Source: an uncultured virus (IMG/VR IMGVR_UViG_3300025057_000006) (Duplodnaviria; Heunggongvirae; Uroviricota; Caudoviricetes). Taken from it: a DNA stretch of 64,000 bases. The position numbers and the translations under genes were made by a program. Of the stretch, positions 55,155 through 62,907 are shown piece by piece. The DNA lies in IMG/VR virus record IMGVR_UViG_3300025057_000006, one strand, 5' to 3'. The first letter of the stretch is position 1, and each line of letters opens with the position of its first letter. Under the pieces are notes generated by a model. The model saw only the letters and a program-made list of their open reading frames with translations. It was not told the DNA's origin and did no database searches.

Positions 55155-56009
55155 TCAGATAAGATCAGGATCGTAAACATTACAGTTTTCGATTTGGTTG
55201 TAATATTCCTCTACAATTTTGCACCAATCTTCCCGGAGAGAATCCAAAAATCTCCGGGAGATTTTAAAAATTTGCGTACGCACAGGAGTCGATACAAGTA
55301 TAGCTGCTTGTTGCACAGTCATTCCTAGTGTCTGTTCAATAGCAATGTCATAAGCAGCTAATTGCTTACAGGTTTTTTTAAATTTCATGTGACCACCAAG
55401 CAGATCCCTCCATTCTTGGGATCCTTTTTCTAAATCTTTTGGCCACTTTCGACTGTAAGGTTTGACGCTGGTCTTTAAGTCAGCAAGAGTAAGTTTATTG
55501 TTAACCACAGCGATGATGTCAGGAGCACCAGCCCAGGCACGTCCTTCTTTGTCGCAACCCCATACACGAGCAACGTCATCAGCACCGATAGTAAAGTTAA
55601 ACTTATCAAGAACCGGCGACTCCGCCCAAAGTACCTCCTGGAACTGGTCCAGTATTGATGGCATACCCGACCAAAAATCGGAATATTCTTCAGGAATTTG
55701 CGGATTTTTATTCCCTTTGAGGTAGCACTCCATGCCATAGTGAATTGCAGTTCCGCGTTCAGCGGCAGCCTCCTTAACACCCGGATTGTTTTTCGACCAC
55801 ATTTCAAGCTTCCGTTTGTTTGCTTCGGAAGCTGTCTCGCTAATAATAGTAGTTACGGACGGTGCAGGTCCAGTCGGTAACGGAGTTGTATAGTGACGTT
55901 TTCCGTTAAGCGTAATTCTGGCTGCGGTCCGGTTAAGGCTCCGCATCTTATCTGGTTGCTCATCCTTAGCTTTAATCCAAGGATCTGCTGTATTTAGTTT
56001 AGCAACCAT
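55155..56009 (-). CDS. PD-(D/E)xK exonuclease
   Basis: PSVTTII, RGTAIH, GAPD, ADLKTS, QLAAY. Confidence 0.88.
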   Translation of the reverse strand: MVAKLNTADPWIKAKDEQPDKMRSLNRTAARITLNGKRHYTTPLPTGPAPSVTTIISETASEANKRKLEMWSKNNPGVKEAAAERGTAIHYGMECYLKGNKNPQIPEEYSDFWSGMPSILDQFQEVLWAESPVLDKFNFTIGADDVARVWGCDKEGRAWAGAPDIIAVVNNKLTLADLKTSVKPYSRKWPKDLEKGSQEWRDLLGGHMKFKKTCKQLAAYDIAIEQTLGMTVQQAAILVSTPVRTQIFKISRRFLDSLREDWCKIVEEYYNQIENCNVYDPDLI

Positions 56010-56055
56010 TGACGGTTTTGTATATTGCGTATAGTTTAACAGCTAAAATCAGCGA

Positions 56056-56412
56056 ATGAAAAATAGTGATTTACCGGACTTTCCTTGCACTGGTTGCAGC
56101 CAATGTTGCAAACACATTGGTAAAGTACTCAACAGTAATTTCGATCCCAGCACACCAATTGGAGCATTGGTCAAAGAATTTCCATATAAACCAAACGAGA
56201 ATGGCGATTGTGAAATGTTGGTTGACGGCAAGTGTTCTGTCTACGAAAACAGACCCATGTTGTGCAATATTAAAAAAATGACTGAGGTTTTTTACAGCGA
56301 CGACCCCATAGGTCATTACATTGATTGTGCCTATGTTTGCAATGCGTTAATTAAATACGCAGGACTTGCCCCTGGATATATGATTAACATTGAAGAATTA
56401 GAAAAATTGTAG
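56056..56412 (+). CDS. YkgJ-family CxxCxxCC Fe-S/Zn protein
   Basis: FPCTGCSQCC...CEML...CSVYENRPMLC. Confidence 0.85.
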   Translation: MKNSDLPDFPCTGCSQCCKHIGKVLNSNFDPSTPIGALVKEFPYKPNENGDCEMLVDGKCSVYENRPMLCNIKKMTEVFYSDDPIGHYIDCAYVCNALIKYAGLAPGYMINIEELEKL

Positions 56413-56508
56413 CATCATGGACAATTTTGAATATGCAATTGCCTCAATCCTTGGCGCTATGCTAGTAGTAGTTTCCCTAGACCTTTACATTTTTATTCAC
56501 ACTTTTAA

Positions 56509-56751
56509 ATGAACAAGTTTGTGTTGACGATTCAGGGTTACGCCAGCTGTTTTGGTTGGATTTTTTCTGAAATCTGGAAAGCAATTTTGGAAAAATCCCC
56601 AGATTTAAAATTTTGGAAACCTCCAACTCACCCCGACGACTTCCTTTGGTATGCCGAGAGGGTTAATGGTAGGTTGGCAATGCTTGTACTCACCTTTATC
56701 CTTGCTTCGAAGTACATTAATTTAATTTATTCTGCTCATCATGTCCACTAA
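56509..56751 (+). CDS. hli: High-light-inducible protein-like (atypical)
   Basis: AERVNGRLAML chlorophyll-binding motif followed by a hydrophobic helix. Confidence 0.65.
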   Translation: MNKFVLTIQGYASCFGWIFSEIWKAILEKSPDLKFWKPPTHPDDFLWYAERVNGRLAMLVLTFILASKYINLIYSAHHVH

Positions 56752-56902
56752 TTTAACGAGGTTTTATTACGATATCGACGAAGATTGCCGCACTGGTTGC
56801 CTGAACGGCAAAGCTTTTGACGATATTGAAACAATAGAAGCTGATGCTTTTGAGGAAGAGTTAAAATCCAAAGACATTGAGTATTTGCGAATTGATTTGT
56901 AA
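56741..56902 (+). CDS. Small acidic protein (53 aa)
   Basis: Manual translation MSTNLTRFYYDIDEDCRTGC...; coupled to GT2. Confidence 0.6.
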   Translation: MSTNLTRFYYDIDEDCRTGCLNGKAFDDIETIEADAFEEELKSKDIEYLRIDL

Positions 56903-57636
56903 TGTCACAACCAATTGAAATGATTGGCACCATGATCCTCAATGGTGCTGATGATTTACTTCAGCAATTTACCTCAATTGATTATCCAGTTAAACGTTAT
57001 TTTATTCTTGATAATTCGCAAGGCGATCCAGAAGTTTTAAAGGCAATTAATAGTTTGCCTAAAAGTGGCGACAAATACATACAAGAAATAAAAGTCGTCC
57101 ACAATGTTACAAATGTGGGTTTTTCTGGATCAGTCAACCAGATTATCAAACAAAACATTGACTGCCCATATTGGTGCATCATGTCTGTTGATTGGCATCC
57201 AAAACCAAACCAACTAAAAAAATTAGCAAAACGTTTGGAGAGTCCTTTTATTGGTATCCTTTGTGACGAAACACAAAATGGATACTCTTCTATGGTGTTT
57301 ACCCCAGAGCTTTTATATGAAGTTGGTTATCTAGATGAAAACTTTTTCCCTGCTTATTACGAAGATAACGACCATCGTTATCGAATGGAATTAGCTGATT
57401 TGGAATGGGAGTATGTACCTTTGAAATATAACCATAAGGTTAGCTCAACACTTAAAAGTAGAAATGATTTTCAAAAGAAAAACCAAAAAACTTTTTCAGA
57501 AAATGGACGTTATTACATAGCCAAGTGGGGAGGACTTCCTGGACAAGAGCAGTATGAGACACCATTTAACATGGACTTGCCTATTGATTATTGGCTGTAT
57601 GATCCTGTACGTAGCCAACGCCAACGATGGACTTAA
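56902..57636 (+). CDS. GT2-like glycosyltransferase
   Basis: NVGFSGSVN...VGYLDENFFPAYYEDND. Confidence 0.85.
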   Translation: MSQPIEMIGTMILNGADDLLQQFTSIDYPVKRYFILDNSQGDPEVLKAINSLPKSGDKYIQEIKVVHNVTNVGFSGSVNQIIKQNIDCPYWCIMSVDWHPKPNQLKKLAKRLESPFIGILCDETQNGYSSMVFTPELLYEVGYLDENFFPAYYEDNDHRYRMELADLEWEYVPLKYNHKVSSTLKSRNDFQKKNQKTFSENGRYYIAKWGGLPGQEQYETPFNMDLPIDYWLYDPVRSQRQRWT

Positions 57637-58493
57637 GTCTGTACGGAGGAACCGGAATTATTGGGTCATATTTCCGCGAATTATTTCCATCGCTTTTAAT
57701 ACCAAGGGATCAACTAAATCCTGAAAGTAAGCGTGTCCTGTACCTAATTAGTACAACGGACAATGCTACATTCAAAGAAAATCCCCTTATTGATGTCAAT
57801 ACAAATTTAGTTGAGTTAATGCGTCGGCTCGATGCATGTCGCGAAGCCGGTGTTAAGGAATTTAATTTTGTTAGCAGTTGGTTTGTGTATGGACCAAACT
57901 ACCGGCAACCTCATGAGTATGTCGACTGCAAGCCCCGTGGTTTTTATTCGATTACTAAGTACACTGCCGAGCAGCTGGTCAAGGAATACTGCGAAGAATT
58001 TGGTATTGGTTATCGCATTCTCAGGTTAGGCAATGTGTACGGAGGGCCTGACCCTGGTACGAACAAACGCAATGCACTGCATTTTTTAATCAGTCGCCTG
58101 AAGAAAAAGGAGTCTGTCCGTGTTTTTAACTACATTACACGAGACTTTATTCACATTTTAGATGCGTGTCGTGCCATGGCCCTTGTTGGTGGGCTTGGCG
58201 AATTGAATGCTACGTACAATATTGGCACAGGCAAAGCAACAGAATTATTCAAGGCAGTTGATTATGCCAATGAATTACTTGGAAATCCTGCATCAATCTT
58301 TCGTGTAGACCCTCCGAGTAACTACAATCAAGCCATACGTTTTAGCCTTGATTGTGGACTGTTGAACAATCTTGGTTTTGAACCTATATTTAATGTCTAT
58401 CAAGGGTTAGAAGATCTATGTCTACATCGAAAGTTTTGTACTCCGGACCGTACTTTGATGGAGAAGAAATTAAAGCAGCAATCAAAACCCTAG
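57627..58493 (+). CDS. NAD-dependent epimerase/dehydratase
   Basis: GGTGIIG, YSITK, RLGNVYG, RDFIHI. Confidence 0.9.
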   Translation: MDLSLYGGTGIIGSYFRELFPSLLIPRDQLNPESKRVLYLISTTDNATFKENPLIDVNTNLVELMRRLDACREAGVKEFNFVSSWFVYGPNYRQPHEYVDCKPRGFYSITKYTAEQLVKEYCEEFGIGYRILRLGNVYGGPDPGTNKRNALHFLISRLKKKESVRVFNYITRDFIHILDACRAMALVGGLGELNATYNIGTGKATELFKAVDYANELLGNPASIFRVDPPSNYNQAIRFSLDCGLLNNLGFEPIFNVYQGLEDLCLHRKFCTPDRTLMEKKLKQQSKP

Positions 58494-59674
58494 AAGAAGG
58501 TAAGTGGTTTCCAGCTGGCAGACAGGTTGATCGATTTGAGCGTGCGTTTTCCAAACAATTTGGATTCGAGTCATCGTTAATGGTGAACAGCGGCAGTTCC
58601 GCAAACTTGGTAATGATCGCTGCCCTGAAGAAATATTTTGAATGGCCGGATGGCGCCGAGATTATTGTCAGTGTTGTTGGCTTTCCAACTACAATTAATC
58701 CCATCATTCAAAATGGTTTGACCCCCAAGTTTGTCGACATCACCTGGGACGACCTAAACTGGGACCTCTCGCAAGTAGAAGATGCCATCACGGATAAAAC
58801 AGTTGCAGTTTTTAGTAGCCCTGTTTTGGGTAATTGTTACGACCTGGATCGTCTACTCGATATCTGTGAAAGGCATTCACTGAAGTACATTGCAGATAAT
58901 TGTGATTCCCTTGGCTCCAAGTGGGAGGGCGAGTATCTGACCGAGCATGCTGTAGCAGCTTCTTGTTCTTTTTATCCAGCGCACCACATCACCACACTTG
59001 AGGGTGGCATGGTGTCTTCTAATTTACCTGGATTAACCACATTGGCAAGGCAGTTTGCCTGGTGGGGACGCGATTGTTATTGCGTAGGGGAATGCAACAT
59101 GTTGGCTAATGGCTCATGCGGCAAACGCTTTGATACATGGCTTCCAGATTATGATGTTGTTGTAGATCATAAATATGTATTTAGTCAAATTGGCTACAAC
59201 TTAAAGCCCCTTGATTTACAAGGCGCTGTTGGTCTAGTGCAGCTAGAAAAGTTTAATGAAATCCACACAATTCGGCGTCTTAACTATCAAACAATTGTAA
59301 ATTATTTTCAGGATTATCCACTTGAATTAAGAATTATTGGTGAAAAACTTCAAGCTGAAACATCTTGGTTTGGCGTCCCAATTGTTTGCGACAATCCAAA
59401 AGTCAAGCAAGCACTTCAACAGCATTTGGAAACAAATGGTGTGCAGACGCGTAATTATTTTGCTGGTAATTTATTACTCCATCCAGCTTACGCTCATCTT
59501 GGCAACGCCAAAGATTATCCAAATGCTTACGATGTACTCAAGCGAGTCTTCTTCTTGGGTACATCTCCAGCTCTTACATATGATGACCTTTGTTATGTAG
59601 GGGAAACCATACATTCTTTTGCAGCAAATACACCAATTGCATGTGATGGTTATTCTTGGCGCTTTAGTTTATAG
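58418..59674 (+). CDS. rfbH: CDP-4-keto-6-deoxyglucose 3-dehydratase-like (DegT/DnrJ family)
   Basis: NSGSSANL; SFYPAHHIT (His in place of the Schiff-base Lys); WGRDCYC...C Fe-S motif. Confidence 0.85.
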   Translation: MSTSKVLYSGPYFDGEEIKAAIKTLEEGKWFPAGRQVDRFERAFSKQFGFESSLMVNSGSSANLVMIAALKKYFEWPDGAEIIVSVVGFPTTINPIIQNGLTPKFVDITWDDLNWDLSQVEDAITDKTVAVFSSPVLGNCYDLDRLLDICERHSLKYIADNCDSLGSKWEGEYLTEHAVAASCSFYPAHHITTLEGGMVSSNLPGLTTLARQFAWWGRDCYCVGECNMLANGSCGKRFDTWLPDYDVVVDHKYVFSQIGYNLKPLDLQGAVGLVQLEKFNEIHTIRRLNYQTIVNYFQDYPLELRIIGEKLQAETSWFGVPIVCDNPKVKQALQQHLETNGVQTRNYFAGNLLLHPAYAHLGNAKDYPNAYDVLKRVFFLGTSPALTYDDLCYVGETIHSFAANTPIACDGYSWRFSL

Positions 59675-59743
59675 TTAATTAAGACGTTAAGTAAACACAT
59701 GTTATTAATTGGCCCTATAGTTAGAAAACCCAAGGAATCTGAA

Positions 59744-59956
59744 ATGTCTCTTTCCACCCAGGTAAAAGAATCTCTCGAGCAAGCAGCAAGTTGTTTGCGT
59801 GATGCGCTTGCATTTTCTGCACGTATTGAACACCCTCTAACTATCAATACAATTTCTGATATTTTGTGCCGACTTGAATCTCTGGAGCATGTCGACGAAT
59901 TGATGTCGCAGTTTGGAGGAAAGAATGAAGGAACGTCGCGGCCCAACAGAGGATGA
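59744..59956 (+). CDS. Hypothetical protein
   Basis: Start moved to ATG 59744; TATAGT 22 nt upstream. Confidence 0.7.
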   Translation: MSLSTQVKESLEQAASCLRDALAFSARIEHPLTINTISDILCRLESLEHVDELMSQFGGKNEGTSRPNRG

Positions 59957-60092
59957 ACGCCTCGAAAAATACTTTGAAGATTTAAGGCGTTGGTTTCCAA
60001 ACCCACCTGCTAATTGGCGTGAAAACGCTAAACCATGTAGGTGGGCTAAAATATTAAAAGAACGAAATAATAATCCTGATGCCACAGGATGA
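59925..60092 (+). CDS. Small hypothetical protein (55 aa)
   Basis: Manual translation MKERRGPTEDERLEKYF...; GGAGG SD. Confidence 0.6.
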   Translation: MKERRGPTEDERLEKYFEDLRRWFPNPPANWRENAKPCRWAKILKERNNNPDATG

Positions 60093-60363
60093 TAGTAAAT
60101 ATTCCAAGCCAGAGTTACGCGAGAGCATTAAAGATCGCGTGATGGCTGGTTCTAAGGGCGGTAAGCCAGGCCAGTGGAGCGCACGCAAGGCTCAGCTTGT
60201 TGCACAAGAATATGAGAAAGCAGGTGGGGGATATAAGGGTGGGAAGGGAGAAAAGCAGAAGTCTCTGGAGAAGTGGGGCAAAGAGAAGTGGATGACCAAG
60301 GATGAATATGAAAAACGCGGTAAGGCTAAAGCTGCTGCCAAAAAGTACAAGGAGAGTAAGTGA
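60079..60363 (+). CDS. DUF5872-like protein, N-terminal half
   Basis: GSKGGKPGQWSARKAQL...GGGYKG...QKSLEKW. Confidence 0.75.
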   Translation: MPQDDSKYSKPELRESIKDRVMAGSKGGKPGQWSARKAQLVAQEYEKAGGGYKGGKGEKQKSLEKWGKEKWMTKDEYEKRGKAKAAAKKYKESK

Positions 60364-61268
60364 TGGAATTATTTCAACGGTTTTTAAATCAGGTTAATCA
60401 AGGTTATGGCCAGGTAGATAAGAATGTTTTTGGAGGATTTCTTCCTGGTGGAGCAGCAAGCCCAGCTTCTCCGATTAAAAAGAAAATACAACAACAAACA
60501 GCAGTAACTGCCAAGACTCTTGCTGGTGGTTTAATGAATCAATTGCCAGACCGTGTTAATCTTTTTGGTCGTTATGTTACAGGAATTGGCAATACTAATT
60601 TACAACTTGATCCTTCTACTTTAAGTGGTTTAAGAGCCGCTGCATCCCCTGATCCAATGGCAAGGGGGATGGTTCCAAACCCTTTTAAAGTTCCCGAGGA
60701 AATTTTAGTTGGGTTAGAAAGACAGCTTGAAACAGGAGATCAACGAAATTTAAACAGTCCGTTAGGAGACGAATTAAAACAAGTTGTTGCAGAAGGCAGA
60801 AAAAATAGAACAGCACCTGATTTTGTTTTAGGACCTGTCCCAGCTTATGGACCAGGACTTCCCAGGTCAGGCGCTTACCGACCGTATCAAAATCAAAGTA
60901 TTGGGAAAGAGGTGACAAATACATTAGGATCTTTTAATGCGGAAGTCGTTCCTGGAAAATCAATTCGTTTTATAGATCAATATGACATGACCAATCCTGC
61001 GGAAGACCCTGATCTTGTATCAGGTAAATTTCAACCAATCAAAGCAATAGAAGAAATACAAAGCATTTGGAACCCAACAAAAGGTAGTTTAAATCGAAGC
61101 ATTCCTCAATTTGCAAAAGATGAATTAGGTCAAGGAAAATATGGCGATATTCAAACAAGTTCGTCGTCTTCAACCGCTAGCCCTGCAACTGCAATTGGAA
61201 GAGCGTTACTTTATGCGATGCCCTGGAAACCAACTCCATATTCAGTAGATGTAACAGTTCCTTATTAA
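60360..61268 (+). CDS. Hypothetical protein
   Basis: ORF track 302 aa. Confidence 0.8.
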   Translation: MMELFQRFLNQVNQGYGQVDKNVFGGFLPGGAASPASPIKKKIQQQTAVTAKTLAGGLMNQLPDRVNLFGRYVTGIGNTNLQLDPSTLSGLRAAASPDPMARGMVPNPFKVPEEILVGLERQLETGDQRNLNSPLGDELKQVVAEGRKNRTAPDFVLGPVPAYGPGLPRSGAYRPYQNQSIGKEVTNTLGSFNAEVVPGKSIRFIDQYDMTNPAEDPDLVSGKFQPIKAIEEIQSIWNPTKGSLNRSIPQFAKDELGQGKYGDIQTSSSSSTASPATAIGRALLYAMPWKPTPYSVDVTVPY

Positions 61269-61270
61269 CC

Positions 61271-61474
61271 ATGGCAGACAAGGCTATACAAAAGGGATAT
61301 ACCAAGCGTTACCTACCCGAAAAAGCTTGGGCCTCACTGTCAAAAGAAGAACGGCAGGAGACTGATCAAAAGAAAAGAACTGGTAGCCGCGAAGGTAAAC
61401 AGTTCGTAGCAAACACTGAGAAGGCAAAGAAAGCAGGACGTGCTGCACGCCGTTATCGAGACAGTAAATCCTGA
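61271..61474 (+). CDS. DUF5872-like protein, C-terminal half
   Basis: KRYLPEKAWASLS...KKRTG...GKQFVANT. Confidence 0.7.
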   Translation: MADKAIQKGYTKRYLPEKAWASLSKEERQETDQKKRTGSREGKQFVANTEKAKKAGRAARRYRDSKS

Positions 61475-61574
61475 TATGCTGACACGTGGAGCAATACCGC
61501 TCTAGGGGTAATAGTCGAAACCCCTTCCACGTTACAAATACGTAGTGCTCACAAGAGCGCGGAAGGAAGCTATG

Positions 61575-61602
61575 ATCCCGGCATGATACACCGGGATTTT
61601 TT
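61575..61602 (+). terminator. Terminator-like hairpin abutting the next start codon
   Basis: ATCCCGG/CCGGGAT stem plus T run, then GTG at 61603. Confidence 0.65.
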
Positions 61603-62277
61603 GTGACTACGCTTGTTGCCAACGTACCGCCTACCAAAGTTTGGGTCAGACGTGAGTACTTACGCGACTTGCGTGACGGCCATGGGGAATACACACCTGG
61701 TTATTGGGTCACCTGTAAGTCACTTACTGGGCGTGCTTTGTACTTCGAGACCTATCTCACTGAGTACGGCGCACTGTATGACAAACTCCCCATCAGTGCA
61801 TTCCTTGCTTGGGATCCCGACCACCCTGACAAACCACAAGCACCCACACCAGACCTGGAGTTAACCGACCTGCAGTTCTGGAATGGATTCGATCATGGTC
61901 TGACGATCATCGAAAAGAATCTGATCTTTAACATGCAGTTCCAAGTTATGACACGCACGCAAGGTGTGATGACGGGCACATACTTATTTACAATTGACAA
62001 CTATCATCCACATAGGAACGAACCGGACTTTTACTTTGCGGAATTTCCTGACGAGCACAAGTCGCACAACATTGTGGTTTTGGACAACGGTCAAATTGGC
62101 GCTTATCCCAACAATCGTTGTCGAATGGTTGATCCATCGCTCACCAACCATGAGTTAAAGACGCCAGACTTTAAGGTATCAACTCAATACTTTGATGTTG
62201 AGCACGCCCCCAAGTGGGGTCGCCTTGGTGAATGTGATGATTATTTTTGGAAGACTCCAAATGAAAGTGTAGAATAG
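61603..62277 (+). CDS. Conserved phage hypothetical protein
   Basis: ORF track 224 aa; YDKLPISAF...EHKSHN...AYPNNR pattern recurrent in aquatic phages. Confidence 0.8.
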   Translation: MTTLVANVPPTKVWVRREYLRDLRDGHGEYTPGYWVTCKSLTGRALYFETYLTEYGALYDKLPISAFLAWDPDHPDKPQAPTPDLELTDLQFWNGFDHGLTIIEKNLIFNMQFQVMTRTQGVMTGTYLFTIDNYHPHRNEPDFYFAEFPDEHKSHNIVVLDNGQIGAYPNNRCRMVDPSLTNHELKTPDFKVSTQYFDVEHAPKWGRLGECDDYFWKTPNESVE

Positions 62278-62282
62278 ATAAG

Positions 62283-62365
62283 ATAGAGGTGCAGTCCCTG
62301 TCTGGATACGCCTGGTTAACTCACAGCCCGATTGTCGGTACGCCAGTCACACTGCATCCATCTAT
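62283..62365 (+). ncRNA. Putative structured ncRNA
   Basis: 13-bp closing stem enclosing a multi-branch junction; begins about 7 nt after TAGAAT. Confidence 0.5.
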
Positions 62366-62366
62366 A

Positions 62367-62436
62367 CGGTCGGTAGTCTATTGGTAAGGACAGGCAGACA
62401 ATGCACGGAAAGCTGGTTCGATTCCAGTACGACCGA
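62367..62436 (+). ncRNA. tRNA-like RNA with a non-canonical anticodon arm
   Basis: Acceptor CGGTCG/CGACCG, D arm with GG, T arm GCTGG-TTCGATT-CCAGT; anticodon arm only GCA-GACAA-TGC. Confidence 0.7.
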
Positions 62437-62437
62437 T

Positions 62438-62524
62438 AGGGTACGACAAGGAACGTCGTATTAAACGAAGAGTCCCCTCGGCTGCATCGTAGATGATCGT
62501 AGGCAGACACTCTCGCCCTCCCTT
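62438..62524 (+). ncRNA. Putative structured ncRNA (pseudoknot-like)
   Basis: TACGAC/GTCGTA hairpin, TTAAAC, AGAGT/ACTCT and CTGC/GCAG stems. Confidence 0.45.
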
Positions 62525-62525
62525 C

Positions 62526-62599
62526 CGGGGATTAGCGCAGTTTGGTAGCGCATCTGCTTTGGGAGCAGAGGGTCGCAGGTTCAAATCCTGCATCTCCGA
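62526..62599 (+). tRNA. trnP: tRNA-Pro(TGG)
   Basis: Canonical cloverleaf; anticodon loop TTTGGGA; CCA not encoded. Confidence 0.95.
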
Positions 62600-62652
62600 T
62601 ATCAACAATTTCAATAAAAGCGTTATATTAATTGCACGAATAAAAACTATGA

Positions 62653-62907
62653 ATGCCCTGGAGAGATTCCAAGGAACGCATCAATAAGAATCGACAGAAG
62701 CTTCTGGAGTACAAGAAAACTCTGCAGTGCGAGAAGTGTGGGTTGGATGATCACCGTGTTTTAGAATTTCACCACGTAAGTGACAAGGATAACAATATTT
62801 CATCCATGGTGAACCACGGCTATGCCTGGAGCAGAGTGGAGGATGAGATCAGTAAATGTATTCCGTTATGTTGCAACTGCCACAGGCTTGAGCACTGGGT
62901 TAATTAA
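62653..62907 (+). CDS. Small HNH-like endonuclease
   Basis: CEKCG...LEFHH...KCIPLCCNCHRLEH. Confidence 0.85.
   Translation: MPWRDSKERINKNRQKLLEYKKTLQCEKCGLDDHRVLEFHHVSDKDNNISSMVNHGYAWSRVEDEISKCIPLCCNCHRLEHWVN

Noticed and set aside
55155..56009. Cas4 / CRISPR association
   Set aside because: Stand-alone PD-(D/E)xK phage exonuclease without the Cas4 four-Cys cluster or an array
62438..62524. Bona fide pistol ribozyme
   Set aside because: Topology is reminiscent, but the GU cleavage site and conserved core are missing and the pseudoknot pairing is weak; kept only as an unknown RNA
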